The notes: generated by a model not told the origin, from the letters alone. 50,802 nt of DNA from Elusimicrobiota bacterium (GCA_043819795.1 JBDREN010000037.1:1-50802); one strand, 5' to 3'. Counted from the stretch's first letter, positions 1-11,377 are shown. Made by a program: numbers and translations.

Positions 1-170
1 CGCCGGCACCGATGGGTGCCTCGTGCCCGCCGGGGCCGATGGGGGTCTCGTGCCCGCCGGGACCGATGGGTGCCTCGTGCCCGCCGGGGCCGATGGGGGT
101 CTCGTGCCCGCCGGAACCGATGGGTGCCTCGTGCCCGCCGGAACCGATGGGTGCCTCGTGCCCGCCGGGC
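1..170. repeat. 27-bp tandem repeat (6 full copies plus a partial, probably continuing left of the window)
   Basis: Unit CCGATGGG(T/G)G(C/T)CTCGTGCCCGCCGGNN at 9, 36, 63, 90, 117 and 144, with no unique spacers. Confidence 0.95.
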
Positions 171-217
171 GGGGCGCGCCTTACACCCGGATCTGTCGGG
201 AGTGGGTCCGGCCGGCG

Positions 218-1507
<1,290 letters not shown>

Positions 1508-1527
1508 TCAGGCGCGCCGGCCGGCGG

Positions 1528-2559
1528 CTATCGTCCGAAGATCTTCCTCCACCAAGGCGTCCTGCCCGTCCGCCGGGAGACCCGGACCCGGAGGTCCTCC
1601 GGCACGGAGACGTCCCCGCATACACCGGCCGAGAACCGGACCCGGATCGTCACCTCGCCGGCGGCCCTCTCGATCGCCTCGACCGGGACGAGCAGCGGCG
1701 CCGCCTCCTCCACGGACCGGGCCTTGCCGTCCGGGCCGGGCTCCACGGGGACCCGCGGGGGGCCCTCCTCCCGGGGATGCGGCAGGCCGGTCGCCGGGAC
1801 GCCCAACAGGCGCGCCAGGTACTGCGCGATGTCGCGCTGGTCGTCGATGGCGGCGTAGACGAGGTCCCCGGCGCGGAGCTCGCTCGCCGCCGCGCCTTCG
1901 GCATCCGGCTCGAGCGCCACGTTGAGGATGAGAAGCCCGACCGGGCCCTGCGAGGAGCCGCCGGCGCGCTTGGCGATCCGCGACTTCGGCCTCTTGTCCC
2001 GCGGGGCCTCCGCCATCGGCCGGACCTCCTGGAACTGGCTCATGTCGAGCACGTCCTGCCGGGCCTGGAGCTCCACGCCCCCCCCGAGGCGCTTGGCAAG
2101 CAGCGCCCGCAACGGCTCGAACGCCTCATCACCGAGATGAGCTCCTTCCTCATATAAGTGGCCGGCCTCGGGCGCGTCGAAAAGGGACGTCAGCAGCCCC
2201 TCCACCTCCTGGCTCAGCTGCTGCATGGTCCCGGACCACAAGCGGCAGGCGTAGAGCCGCCCCTCGAAGTCGAACCAGTGCTGGTCGAGCTCGGAGGCGA
2301 AAACGGCGGGGTTGTAGGATATCACGGCCCGGGCGCGCAGCAACCGCCGCTCCCGGAGGTTGAGGATCGCCAGCCACAGGCCGTAGAGGGACTCGCTTTC
2401 CACGCGGAAGCGGCCCTTGAGGATCATGATGTTCTGGAAGAGACGCGGGACCGCCTGCACGGCGCTCTCGAGGTCGTAGCCGCAAAGCTGGAGCGCCAGC
2501 TCTGCCTCGCTGCGGTCGCAGCCGGTCTCTTCCATGAGGAGCGTGACCTTGTCTTTCAT
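1528..2559 (-). CDS. hypothetical protein with N-terminal UBA-like helical motif
   Basis: 343-aa ORF coupled to xerC by an ATGA overlap; N-terminus LMEETGCDRSEAELALQLCGYDLESAV resembles UBA/EF-Ts N-terminal domains. Confidence 0.75.
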   Translation of the reverse strand: MKDKVTLLMEETGCDRSEAELALQLCGYDLESAVQAVPRLFQNIMILKGRFRVESESLYGLWLAILNLRERRLLRARAVISYNPAVFASELDQHWFDFEGRLYACRLWSGTMQQLSQEVEGLLTSLFDAPEAGHLYEEGAHLGDEAFEPLRALLAKRLGGGVELQARQDVLDMSQFQEVRPMAEAPRDKRPKSRIAKRAGGSSQGPVGLLILNVALEPDAEGAAASELRAGDLVYAAIDDQRDIAQYLARLLGVPATGLPHPREEGPPRVPVEPGPDGKARSVEEAAPLLVPVEAIERAAGEVTIRVRFSAGVCGDVSVPEDLRVRVSRRTGRTPWWRKIFGR

Positions 2560-3542
2560 GCCGGTGGCCCCCCCGCGGGGGGCCGCCTATGTCCGGGGGG
2601 AGAATCCGCCCCCTCGACAGCGCGCGATCCCTCCCCGCGGGGGAGGGACGCGGACTTCGCCCGCGGATGGCTCTTCTTGTATACCTTCCGCAGCTTCTCC
2701 AGAGTGGTGTGGGTGTATATCTGCGTCGTGCTGAGGGTCTTGTGGCCCAGCATCTCCTGAAGGGAGCGCAGGTCGCATCCCCGGTCCAAGAGCTGGGTGG
2801 CGAAGCTGTGCCTGAGGGCGTGCGGAGAGGCCGTCTTGAGCAGGCCGGCTTCCCGCACGCACCGCTTGACCACCAGCGCCACGCCTCCATCGCTGAGGCG
2901 CCCGCCCTTGGCGTTGATCCAGAGCGGCTCCGTCCTGCCGGCGGTCGCCGGTCTGGGGCGGACGTTCAGATAGTCCCGGATTGCCTTCAGGGCCGGATCA
3001 CCCACCGGAACGATGCGCTCGCGGGCTCCCTTGCCGAAGACCCGCACCACGCCGCCCACGAAGTCCACGTCCACCACGTTGAGACGGCCCAGCTCCGCGC
3101 GGCGCAGCCCGCTCGAGTACAATAGCTCCAGGATGGCCCTATCGCGAAGCCGCATCCAGCCGCTCCCCTGGCTTCCGCGCTCCATAAGGGCGCTCGTCTC
3201 GCTCTCCGTGAGGAACCGCGGGAGCCGTTTCTCCGCCTTCGGAATGGGAATATTGAGGAAAGGGTCCCGGGCCAGGGCCTTCTCCTCGCGCAGGAAAGCG
3301 CAGAAGGAGCGCAGGCAGGAGACCTTGCGGAGCACGCTGTTGCGCCCGAGGCCCCGGCCTTGAAGCTTCGCGAGGTAGGCGCGCACCCGCTGGCGGGTCA
3401 ACTCCGAGACATCGCCCCCCCCCTGCCGCCGCCAGAAAACCTCGAACTCGGAGAGGTCGGCGGCGTACGCGCGGAGGGTATGGACGGAGCAGTTGCGTCG
3501 GGACCGCAGCGCGGTGAGGAAACGCTGGATCCAGATCTTCAC
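2556..3542 (-). CDS. xerC: tyrosine recombinase XerC
   Basis: RDRAILELLYSSGLRRAEL, GKGARERIVP, HALRHSFAT and LGHKTLSTTQIYTH motifs; GTG start at 3542 just after topA. Confidence 0.9.
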   Translation of the reverse strand: MKIWIQRFLTALRSRRNCSVHTLRAYAADLSEFEVFWRRQGGGDVSELTRQRVRAYLAKLQGRGLGRNSVLRKVSCLRSFCAFLREEKALARDPFLNIPIPKAEKRLPRFLTESETSALMERGSQGSGWMRLRDRAILELLYSSGLRRAELGRLNVVDVDFVGGVVRVFGKGARERIVPVGDPALKAIRDYLNVRPRPATAGRTEPLWINAKGGRLSDGGVALVVKRCVREAGLLKTASPHALRHSFATQLLDRGCDLRSLQEMLGHKTLSTTQIYTHTTLEKLRKVYKKSHPRAKSASLPRGEGSRAVEGADSPPGHRRPPAGGPPA

Positions 3543-3543
3543 G

Positions 3544-6306
3544 CTACCCCTTCTTCTCGCCCGCCTCGCCCCCGCCTTGCGGGGACATGCCTTCCTCAGG
3601 GGGAGCGGGCGCGGGCCCGCCCTCCGGGGAGGCCCCTTTCTCGACGGGATCGGCGGGAGCGGCGGCCTTGCCTTTAGCCGCGTCCGCACCGGCTTCGCCG
3701 ACGCCACGCGGCTCGTCCCCGCCCGGTGGGGACGCGCCTTTCTTAGAAGATTTTCGACGAGGTACGACTTTGCCTTTAGCCGCGCCAGCACCGGCTTCGC
3801 CGGCACCACCAGCACCCTTACGCACTTTCTCATCGGGCGCGGCACGGGGCCCTCCGGGCTCGGTGCGCGGCTCGTCACCGCCCGGCGGGGACGTACCTTC
3901 CTTAGAAGATTCGGGATGAGGTACGGCTTTGCCTTTCGCCGCGTCCGCTTCGGCCTTCAGCGTCTCGGCGTCCACTTTCGAGAGAGGCTTGAGGTTCCGG
4001 CACTTCGGGAAGCCCGAGCAGGCCAGGAAGTGCCCGCGCTTGCCCAGACGCATCCACATCGCGCTGCCGCATTTGTTGCACTTGCGGGAGGTGATGATGG
4101 GCCGGGAGCCCTCGATCTTGCGCCCCTGGGCGTCGAGGGAATACGTGTTCTTGCACTTGGGGTAGCCCGAGCAGGCCAGGAACTTCCCTTTGCGTCCGGT
4201 GCGGATCACCATGGGCTTGTCGCACAGGTCGCAGGTCTCGTCGGTGGCCTCCGGCACGATCTTCTTCCCCTCGCCGTCGAGCTGCATCTTGCCGCGGCAC
4301 CTGGGGAAATTGCCGCAGGACAGGTACTTCCCGAAGCGGCTCTCGCGGATGAGCATCTTGGCCCCGCAGACGGGGCACGTCTCGTCGGACTCCTTCGGCT
4401 CGACGCGGGAGTCCTCCATCTTATCTTGAGCCAGGGCCAAGGCCTTCGCGAACGGGCCGTAGAAGTTGCCGACCACGTCCTGCCAGCGGTCCGAGCCCTC
4501 CGCGACCTGGTCGAGCTGCTCCTCGACATGGGCCGTATAGCTCAGGCTCATCTGCTCGGCGAAGTGCTTATTGAGCCGCTCGACGACGAGGGTCCCGAGC
4601 TCGGCCGGGGTCAGGCGGCGGTCCTTCGTGCCGCGGCGCACATAGCCGCGGTCGACGATGGTCTTGATGGTGGGCGCGTAGGTCGAAGGCCGCCCGATGC
4701 CGTGCTTCTCCAGGGCCCGGATGAGGCTGCCCTCGTTGTAGTACGGAGGGGGGCTCGTCTTGCGGCCGTCCGGGGAGAGCTTCTCGATCTCCACCGCGTC
4801 CCCTTCCTCGAGATCCGGCAAGCGCTTCTCCTCGCCCCCGTTGTCCTTGCCGTTGTCCTCCTCGGCTCCATCCTCCTCGGCTTTGTCCTTGAGCACCCGC
4901 AGGAAGCCGTCGAACTTGAGCGTCCTGCCCGCGGCGCGGAACACCGCGTCGCCGCTGCTTATATCGGCGGAGATGGTGTCGAACAAGGCCTCTTTCATCT
5001 GGCTGGCGAGGAAGCGCTTCCAGATGAGGGTATAGAGCTTCGCCTGCTCGGGCGTCAGGAACTTGCGGACCGAGTCGGGCGTACGGTGGACGCTCGTCGG
5101 CCGGATCGCCTCATGGGCCTCCTGCGCGCCCTTCACCTTGCTGGTGTAGACCGGAGGCTTATCGGGCACGTACGCGTCGCCGTAGCTCGACTTCACGAAC
5201 GCGGCGGCCTCCTGCCGGGCGGCGTCGGCGACGTTGACCGAGTCCGTCCTCATGTAGGTGATCAAGCCGGTCGGCTCGTCCGCGCCGATGTCGGCGCCCT
5301 CGTAGAGGCTCTGCGCGATGCGCATCGTGCGCTCGGCGGCGAAGCCCAGCTGCTGGGAGCCCGCCTGCTGAAGCGTGCTCGTGATGAACGGCGGGGCCGG
5401 ACGCCGACGGACTTCCTTGCGCTCGACGCGGGTGACCTTGTAGACCCCTCCGGCGAGCGCCTGGCGGACGGCTTCCACGTCGCCCTCGGCCTTGAAGATG
5501 CTGGTCTTGACGCGGTACTCCTCCGCGAAGAGCTGGTAGGTCCGCGACAGCTCGACCTTCTGGCCCTTCCACTCCGAGAGGCGCGCCTCGAACTGCGGAG
5601 GATGGTCCGGCTTGAGGAACGTCGCGGAAAGCGTCCAGAAAGGCTCCGTCTCGAAAGCGGCGATCTCCTTATCGCGCTCGACGAGCAGGCGCACGGCCAC
5701 GGACTGGACGCGGCCGGCGGAGAGGCCGCGGCGGATCTTCCGCCACAGCAGCGGCGAGAGCTTATAGCCGACGAGGCGGTCGATGACGCGGCGCGCCTGC
5801 TGGGCGTGGACGAGCGAAAGGTCCACGTCGCGGGGGGACTCGAGCGCCGCGGTGATAGCCTGCGGGGTGATCTCATGGAACGTGATCCTGCGGATCTTGG
5901 AAGGTTCCAGGCCCAGGATCTCGACGAGGTGCCAGGCGATCGACTCCCCCTCCCGGTCGTGGTCGGTCGCGAGGTACACGTACTCCGCGTTCTTGGCCAG
6001 CTTCTTGAGTTCGGGCAGGAGCTTCTTCGTGCGGGCCAGGAGCGTGTAGGTGGGCTCGAAGTCCTTCTTCTCGTCCACGCCGAGCTTCTTCTCCGGCAGG
6101 TCCCGGACGTGTCCGTAGGAGCTGGCCACGACGAACCCCTTCTTGAGGAAACGGGATATCGTCCTCTGCTTGGCCGGCGACTCAACGATGAGGAGGTTCG
6201 CTCGCGCGGCCCCCTTGGTCCGGCGCCGGCTGGGCTTCTTACCCGCGGCTCCGGCCTTGGCGGCCGGGGCGGGGGATATCGTTGTCTTCTTTCTAGGTGC
6301 GGGCAT
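3544..6306 (-). CDS. topA: DNA topoisomerase I with zinc ribbons and a low-complexity C-terminal tail
   Basis: IVESPAK, ATDHDREGE, SAGRVQS, LITYMRTDS and AQEAHEAIRPT motifs; three C4 zinc ribbons. Confidence 0.98.
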   Translation of the reverse strand: MPAPRKKTTISPAPAAKAGAAGKKPSRRRTKGAARANLLIVESPAKQRTISRFLKKGFVVASSYGHVRDLPEKKLGVDEKKDFEPTYTLLARTKKLLPELKKLAKNAEYVYLATDHDREGESIAWHLVEILGLEPSKIRRITFHEITPQAITAALESPRDVDLSLVHAQQARRVIDRLVGYKLSPLLWRKIRRGLSAGRVQSVAVRLLVERDKEIAAFETEPFWTLSATFLKPDHPPQFEARLSEWKGQKVELSRTYQLFAEEYRVKTSIFKAEGDVEAVRQALAGGVYKVTRVERKEVRRRPAPPFITSTLQQAGSQQLGFAAERTMRIAQSLYEGADIGADEPTGLITYMRTDSVNVADAARQEAAAFVKSSYGDAYVPDKPPVYTSKVKGAQEAHEAIRPTSVHRTPDSVRKFLTPEQAKLYTLIWKRFLASQMKEALFDTISADISSGDAVFRAAGRTLKFDGFLRVLKDKAEEDGAEEDNGKDNGGEEKRLPDLEEGDAVEIEKLSPDGRKTSPPPYYNEGSLIRALEKHGIGRPSTYAPTIKTIVDRGYVRRGTKDRRLTPAELGTLVVERLNKHFAEQMSLSYTAHVEEQLDQVAEGSDRWQDVVGNFYGPFAKALALAQDKMEDSRVEPKESDETCPVCGAKMLIRESRFGKYLSCGNFPRCRGKMQLDGEGKKIVPEATDETCDLCDKPMVIRTGRKGKFLACSGYPKCKNTYSLDAQGRKIEGSRPIITSRKCNKCGSAMWMRLGKRGHFLACSGFPKCRNLKPLSKVDAETLKAEADAAKGKAVPHPESSKEGTSPPGGDEPRTEPGGPRAAPDEKVRKGAGGAGEAGAGAAKGKVVPRRKSSKKGASPPGGDEPRGVGEAGADAAKGKAAAPADPVEKGASPEGGPAPAPPEEGMSPQGGGEAGEKKG

Positions 6307-7258
6307 AGCGTTGTCCCGGGAGCGGGCTGACGAAGCCCCGGCCTTCCATTTCCGTAAGGACGTGGACCAGCCGGGGAACGTCCCAGCCCGTCTCGGAGAC
6401 CATATCCTCCAAGCTCAAGGAATGGGAACCCAGTAATTCGAAAATCCTTTTTTCATTGAGGGAAAGCCCCCGCGCGGGGGCCGATCCCTCCGGCTCTTGG
6501 GGCCTCCAAAGCTCCCGGACGCCGAGCCTGGGGAGCTCGTCGAGCACGTCGCCGAGGCCGGTCGCGATCCGGGCCCCCTTGCGCAGCAAGGAGTGGGGGG
6601 CCTCGCTGAGCGCCGCGTCCGCCGGACCCGGCACGGCGAAGACCTCGCGGCCCTGCTCGGCCGCCGCCCGGGCGGTGATCAGCGAGCCGGACCTGCCGTC
6701 CCCCTCGATCACCACCGTGCCCCAGGCCAGGCCGGAGAGGATGCGGTTGCGCAGCGGGAAGTTCCGCGCGACGGGCGGGCCGCCCAGCGGCACCTCGCTG
6801 ACGAGGGCCCCGCCGGCCTCCACGATCCGCTCGGCCAGGGAGGCGTTTTCCGGGGGATAGACCCGGTCCAGGCCCGAGCCGAGCACGGCCCACGTGACGC
6901 CGCCGGCCCCCAACGCCGCCTGGTGGGCCTCGGCGTCGATGCCGCGCGCCAGGCCGCTGACGACCACGATCCCGGCGGCGGCGCAATCCCCCGCGAACCG
7001 GCGCGCCATGCGCCGTCCGTACAGGCTCGGGCGGCGCGAACCCACCAGCGCCAGGGCCGGAGCCATGAGGGGCAGGCGGCCCCGCACGTAGAGCACCCGG
7101 GGCGCGTCGGGGATCGTCTGCAGGAGCTCGGGATAGAGGCCGGAGTCCCGCCCCACCATGCGGACCCCGAGCTCCCGGCACCGCCGGACCTCGCGGTCCG
7201 GGTCGATGCTCTCCGGCCGCGCCCTCCCCCGGGGCATCCCCCCCGTCCCGCGCGTCAT
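6293..7258 (-). CDS. dprA: DNA-processing protein DprA
   Basis: VGSR, VVSGLARGIDAEAH, FPLRNRILSGL, SGSLITA and GREVFAVPG motifs; C-terminal wHTH; ATG at 7258 overlaps the upstream stop. Confidence 0.95.
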   Translation of the reverse strand: MTRGTGGMPRGRARPESIDPDREVRRCRELGVRMVGRDSGLYPELLQTIPDAPRVLYVRGRLPLMAPALALVGSRRPSLYGRRMARRFAGDCAAAGIVVVSGLARGIDAEAHQAALGAGGVTWAVLGSGLDRVYPPENASLAERIVEAGGALVSEVPLGGPPVARNFPLRNRILSGLAWGTVVIEGDGRSGSLITARAAAEQGREVFAVPGPADAALSEAPHSLLRKGARIATGLGDVLDELPRLGVRELWRPQEPEGSAPARGLSLNEKRIFELLGSHSLSLEDMVSETGWDVPRLVHVLTEMEGRGFVSPLPGQRYART

Positions 7259-7698
7259 AGAAGCTCTTCCTCCAGATCCCGGCGCGCGAACGGAGCCCTC
7301 CTGACCGGAGCCTCGCGCGCCTCGGGCCTCGCTTCCGCGACGGCCGGCAGGGATGTCCTTCCCGCGTCCCCTTGGACGCGGGGCCCAGGCGTCGAAGGCT
7401 TCCGTCCCGTAGCCATGCCGTGCACCGACTCGAAAAGAGTCCCGTCGGTCCAGAGCTGCCGCCATTCCTTCGGGATGCGGCCCGCGGCCACGACCAGGCG
7501 CGGCGCGTCGATATCCAGCTCGCCGGCGATCCGGCGCAAGACGTCCTCCTCGGCCGGCGGGTTGCGCTTGTTCGCGAGGACTTTCGAGAAGAAAGACGGG
7601 TCGAGGTCCACGGCCCGGCACAGCTCGCGCAGACCGATCCCGTGCCGCCTCATGCGCTCGCGCACCAGATCCGCGAAGGGAAGCTCACCGCCGGCCAT
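7255..7698 (-). CDS. XRE-family helix-turn-helix protein
   Basis: GIGLRELCRAVDLDPSFFSKVLANKRNPP HTH pattern. Confidence 0.8.
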   Translation of the reverse strand: MAGGELPFADLVRERMRRHGIGLRELCRAVDLDPSFFSKVLANKRNPPAEEDVLRRIAGELDIDAPRLVVAAGRIPKEWRQLWTDGTLFESVHGMATGRKPSTPGPRVQGDAGRTSLPAVAEARPEAREAPVRRAPFARRDLEEELL

Positions 7699-7704
7699 AT
7701 CCGT

Positions 7705-8088
7705 TCACTTGAACTTCACGAACTCGTACTTCTGCTTCACCTTATTGATATCGAACCCTTCGGGGAAGTCCTCCATGTAGCGTAAGTACAGCTCCCGAGC
7801 CGTATCGTAGTCGCGCTGATCCTTGTAGTAGTTCCCGACGCGCAGCAGCGCTTTGGGCGCGTACTGGCACGTGGGATGGTCCGTCAGCAGCTGGTTGTAC
7901 GCTCCGACCATCTCGGCTTTCCGGTCGCGCGCGAAGTAATACGTCCCCACGTAGTACTCGAGCTTGGCGGCCTTCTTGGGGTCCGGATGCTCCTTGGCGT
8001 ACTTGAGCACATCCTGGGGCGTATAGTGGGTCTTGACGTACCAACCGCCCCCGATCAGGATCGCCAGGATGATGATCCACTTGCGCAT
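7705..8088 (-). CDS. small membrane-anchored TPR-like protein
   Basis: N-terminal hydrophobic helix; YAPKALLRVGNYY..ARELY..YMEDFP is TPR/BamD-like. Confidence 0.75.
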   Translation of the reverse strand: MRKWIIILAILIGGGWYVKTHYTPQDVLKYAKEHPDPKKAAKLEYYVGTYYFARDRKAEMVGAYNQLLTDHPTCQYAPKALLRVGNYYKDQRDYDTARELYLRYMEDFPEGFDINKVKQKYEFVKFK

Positions 8089-8097
8089 AGGGTCGCC

Positions 8098-8856
8098 TCA
8101 CTGCTCCCGTTTAAGGATGTCGCCCAACTGGATCGCGCCGCCGGATTTCAGGATCACGGCGCGGTATTCCCCGTCGGAGAGCCGTCCGACGACCTCGATG
8201 AGGCCGACCTTCTGGACGTACTTCGCCGACTTGTCGGTGTCCGCCTCGGTCGGCGCGCCGCGCCGGTAGACCGCGTAGCGCTGCCGCTTGCGCACGTGCC
8301 CGTCGATGCGCACGCGGATCATGTCGCCGGCCGCCACCATGCTCTCCCGGTCCTGGTATTCGAGGACCCGCCCGTCCGGCTCCCAGTCCTCCGCCATCCG
8401 CATGCGGTACATCGACGGCTGCTGGCCGGTCATCCCCACGGGTATCCGCTCCGACAGCGAGTCCGGCAAGGTGATGGCTCCGCTGCCCTTGTTCGGGCGG
8501 TACACGATCGGAGGAGGCTCCTCCTCGACGGGCTCCGGAGGAGGGGGCGGCGGGGGTTCCGGCTTGGGCATCTCCTTGACGATGGTCACCGTCTTCCCAA
8601 GGCCGGGAATCACGAACACCTGGCCCGGATAGATCCAGTGGGGATCCTTGATCCTGTCCTTATTGGCCTCGTAGATGCGCGGCCACAGCCAGGGGTTCTT
8701 GTAGAAATGCTCGGCGAGTTCCCATAAGTTGTCGGCCTTGATCACCTCATGATCGGTCTCCACCTGTATGGTGTCCTTTCGGACCTCCGCCGCATCGTCC
8801 TGAGCGCGGACGCCCGCGCAGCAGACCAGCAGGAACCCTAACAATAGATAGCGCAT
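8098..8856 (-). CDS. LysM domain protein, secreted
   Basis: Signal peptide from ATG 8856; HEVIKADNLWELAEHFYKNPWLWPRIYEANKDRIKDPHWIYPGQ. Confidence 0.9.
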   Translation of the reverse strand: MRYLLLGFLLVCCAGVRAQDDAAEVRKDTIQVETDHEVIKADNLWELAEHFYKNPWLWPRIYEANKDRIKDPHWIYPGQVFVIPGLGKTVTIVKEMPKPEPPPPPPPEPVEEEPPPIVYRPNKGSGAITLPDSLSERIPVGMTGQQPSMYRMRMAEDWEPDGRVLEYQDRESMVAAGDMIRVRIDGHVRKRQRYAVYRRGAPTEADTDKSAKYVQKVGLIEVVGRLSDGEYRAVILKSGGAIQLGDILKREQ

Positions 8857-8977
8857 AGTCGCTCCCCGGCGGCCACGTTCGCCGACGCCCCCGCTTCTTT
8901 CCTTAATATGCGCCGCAAAAACGCGTTCAGCCGCTGTATGGTGGAACATCTTACCTTAATACGACGCCATTCTGAAC

Positions 8978-10516
8978 TCAATTCTCTTCCGCCGCCCGGT
9001 CAAGAGCGCGATACTGAAGCGCCTCCGCCATGTGCCTCCGACGGATGGCCGGCCCGCCCTCCAGGTCCGCGATCGTGCGCGCCACCCGAAGCAGGCGGTC
9101 CAGCGCCCGGGGCGAGAAGCGCCTCCTCCGGGCGGACGACTCGAGCAGCTCCCACGTTTCCGGGTCCGGGACGCAGAAGGCCCTGAGCTCCCGCGGGGAG
9201 AGCCCCGCGTTGAGGCAGGCTCCTTTCCCGCCCGAGCGGGCCCGGGCGGCCTCGCGCGCCCCGATGACCCGCCGCCGCACGGAAGCCGAGCATTCCGGAG
9301 AGGCGCCGTCCCGCAGAGACCACTGTGCAAAAGATACGACAGCCACTTCAACCTGCAGATCGATCCGGTCCAGCAACGGGCCCGAGATCTTCGCCCGGTA
9401 GCGCGCCACCGCGCGCTCCGTGCACCGGCACGCCCGGGTCCGGCTGCCGCCATAGCCGCACGGACAGGGGTTCATCGCGGCCACGAGGGTGAAATCGGCC
9501 GGATACTCGATGGTGTCCTTCAGCCGCGCCACCGTCACCCTGCGGTCCTCGAGCGGCTGGCGCAGCGCCTCGAGGGAGGCCCTGGAGAACTCGGGCAGCT
9601 CGTCGAGGAACAGGACCCCCCGGTGGGCGAGCACGAGCTCGCCCGGGCGGCACTGCGGCCCTCCACCCACCATCGCCGGCGTGGACGCGGTCGTATGCGG
9701 AGCCCGGAACGGACGCCGCCGCACCAGCCCGCCTCCCGCCCGCAGCCGGCCCGCCGCGGAATAGACCTTCGTCACCTCCAGGGCCTCCTCGGGATCCAAG
9801 GGAGGCAAGATGCCGGGAAGCCGGCGAGCCAGCATGGACTTCCCCGTCCCGGGCGGCCCCACCATAAGCAGGTTGTGCCCTCCCGCGGCCGCGATCTCAA
9901 GAGCCCGCCGCGCGAGCGACTGGCCCCGGACATCGGCCAGATCCTCGCGCTCCGGCTCCGGCTCCGGAGGCTCCACCCGCTCCGCGGGCTCCTCCAGCGC
10001 GGGACGCCCGGAGCGCACGAGCTCGGCCGCCTCGCGAAGCGAGCTCACGCCGTGCGAGCCGATCCCGCTGAGGGCCCCCTCAGGGCCGTTCGCCCGGGGC
10101 AGGACCACGCCCCGCAGGCCTTTCGCCCGCGCCGCGGCCGCCATGGCGAGCACCCCGGAGACCGGCCGCACGCCGCCGTCCAGGGCCAGCTCGCCCAGGA
10201 AGCAGCGCTCCCCGGCCCACTCCGCGGCCTCCAGCTGGCCGGAGGCGATCAGGATTCCCAGACCGATGGGCAGGTCCAGCTGGGTGCCCGCCTTGCGCCA
10301 CTCGGCCGGCGCCAGGTTCACGGTCACTCGGCGGCTGGGGAACTTGAACCCGGAGTTGCGGACGGCGGAGACCACCCGGTCGCGCGCCTCGCGCACCGAG
10401 CTGTCGGGAAGTCCCACGGTCGTGAAGCTGGGCAGGCCGTTGGCCAGGTCCAGCTCCACCCCCACGGGGAAGCCCTCGATGCCCCGGACCGCCGCCGACC
10501 AGACTTTGGCCAGCAT
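8978..10516 (-). CDS. comM: YifB/ComM family Mg-chelatase-like AAA+ ATPase
   Basis: GLPDSSVREARDRV, VNLAPA, GPPGTGKS, FRAPH, FLDELPEF, AAMNPCPCG and SGPLLDRID motifs; ATG at 10516. Confidence 0.95.
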   Translation of the reverse strand: MLAKVWSAAVRGIEGFPVGVELDLANGLPSFTTVGLPDSSVREARDRVVSAVRNSGFKFPSRRVTVNLAPAEWRKAGTQLDLPIGLGILIASGQLEAAEWAGERCFLGELALDGGVRPVSGVLAMAAAARAKGLRGVVLPRANGPEGALSGIGSHGVSSLREAAELVRSGRPALEEPAERVEPPEPEPEREDLADVRGQSLARRALEIAAAGGHNLLMVGPPGTGKSMLARRLPGILPPLDPEEALEVTKVYSAAGRLRAGGGLVRRRPFRAPHTTASTPAMVGGGPQCRPGELVLAHRGVLFLDELPEFSRASLEALRQPLEDRRVTVARLKDTIEYPADFTLVAAMNPCPCGYGGSRTRACRCTERAVARYRAKISGPLLDRIDLQVEVAVVSFAQWSLRDGASPECSASVRRRVIGAREAARARSGGKGACLNAGLSPRELRAFCVPDPETWELLESSARRRRFSPRALDRLLRVARTIADLEGGPAIRRRHMAEALQYRALDRAAEEN

Positions 10517-10585
10517 GGCGGACTCAGCGGCCTCCGGCTTCGGCGCGGCGTCGACCCCGGCAGGGGCGCCGTGCCGAACGCCCTC

Positions 10586-10802
10586 GCAGCCCGTGGCAAA
10601 AGTATTTCGGATGGCGAAATCGCCTGGAGCGAGCCGAGCCAAGGCGCGACGAGGGAGCATCCCCGCAGGGTATGTAAGCGAAGAGGCCGCTACCCAACGG
10701 CGTCTGGACGCGGCACTTCCTCGCGATAACGCTCGGTCGCAACGCAGGCGCAGGCCGCTTCCAGGCGATTGCGGGCCCCGGAAGACTTTTGCCACGGGCT
10801 GC
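10586..10802 (-). mobile_element. MITE-like element family A, copy 1
   Basis: 18-bp terminal inverted repeats GCAGCCCGTGGCAAAAGT...ACTTTTGCCACGGGCTGC; non-coding; homologous to copies at 14667, 31336 and 39865. Confidence 0.85.
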
Positions 10803-11140
10803 TAGGGAAGGGCGTCGGCGGCAGGTGCGGCGTCCAATCCGGAGGGCGGCCGTGCCGTCCGGCCTAAGGCCCGGCGTTGCCGCGACGGGAGGCTCGGTCA
10901 CCCCCACACGTACGAGCGAAGCCTCGGGAAGTTCCCGCTGGAGCCCCGGTCCGAGAGCCCGCAAGCATGATGGGTGAGCCCGATTCCATCAATGCCCGAG
11001 AAGAGCACGGGACTTACGCTTTCTCAAGAGGTGGACTTCTGATATGCCAAAATAATCAAGGCTGCTCCGGGGTCAGGGCCGCACAACCACCCGGAAGGAC
11101 CTCGCCTCGGAGGCGTGCGACGTGCCGAAGCTGTTCCGGC

Positions 11141-11365
11141 CTCAACCGAGAGGCTATCCGGGCAGGCTATGCCTGGTGGTATCGCCACTACTCAGACGAT
11201 GAGAGCCTGGGCGAGCTTGAGAAGGAGGCCAGGGAAGCCCGCCGCGGCCTATGGGCCCAGGACAACCCCGAGGCACCGTGGGCTTATCGTCGGAGAAGGC
11301 GAGAGAAGGAAGTCTTCGACGATCCCATGGAAGATGTTGGCGGGGCCGCTCCCGTCTCGCAGTAA
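11141..11365 (+). pseudogene. C-terminal fragment of a thermonuclease (SNase) family gene
   Basis: LNREAIRAGYAWWYRHYS..LEKEAREARRGLWAQDNPEAPWAYRR; the N-terminal catalytic DGDT part is absent. Confidence 0.75.
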
Positions 11366-11377
11366 TTCGCCGCCCCA

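Noticed and set aside
1..170. CRISPR array
   Set aside because: Units are contiguous with no unique spacers, and no cas genes are present
2556..3542. Phage or integron integrase for the islet
   Set aside because: Sits in the conserved dprA-topA-xerC context and has no IntI-specific insertion
3493..6330. 945-aa plus-strand ORF and other long antisense or alternate-frame ORFs (e.g. 23..1489, 27129..29336, 41114..43090)
   Set aside because: Shadow ORFs caused by high-GC codon bias over well-supported genes
10517..10795. N-terminal extensions of ComM and PheA (14657-14953) and ORFs 31210..31743 and 39530..40281
   Set aside because: These are translations through MITE copies; the real starts lie downstream
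10806..11140. tRNA/tmRNA integration site at the islet edge
   Set aside because: No cloverleaf, T-loop GTTCGA or CCA end found by eye
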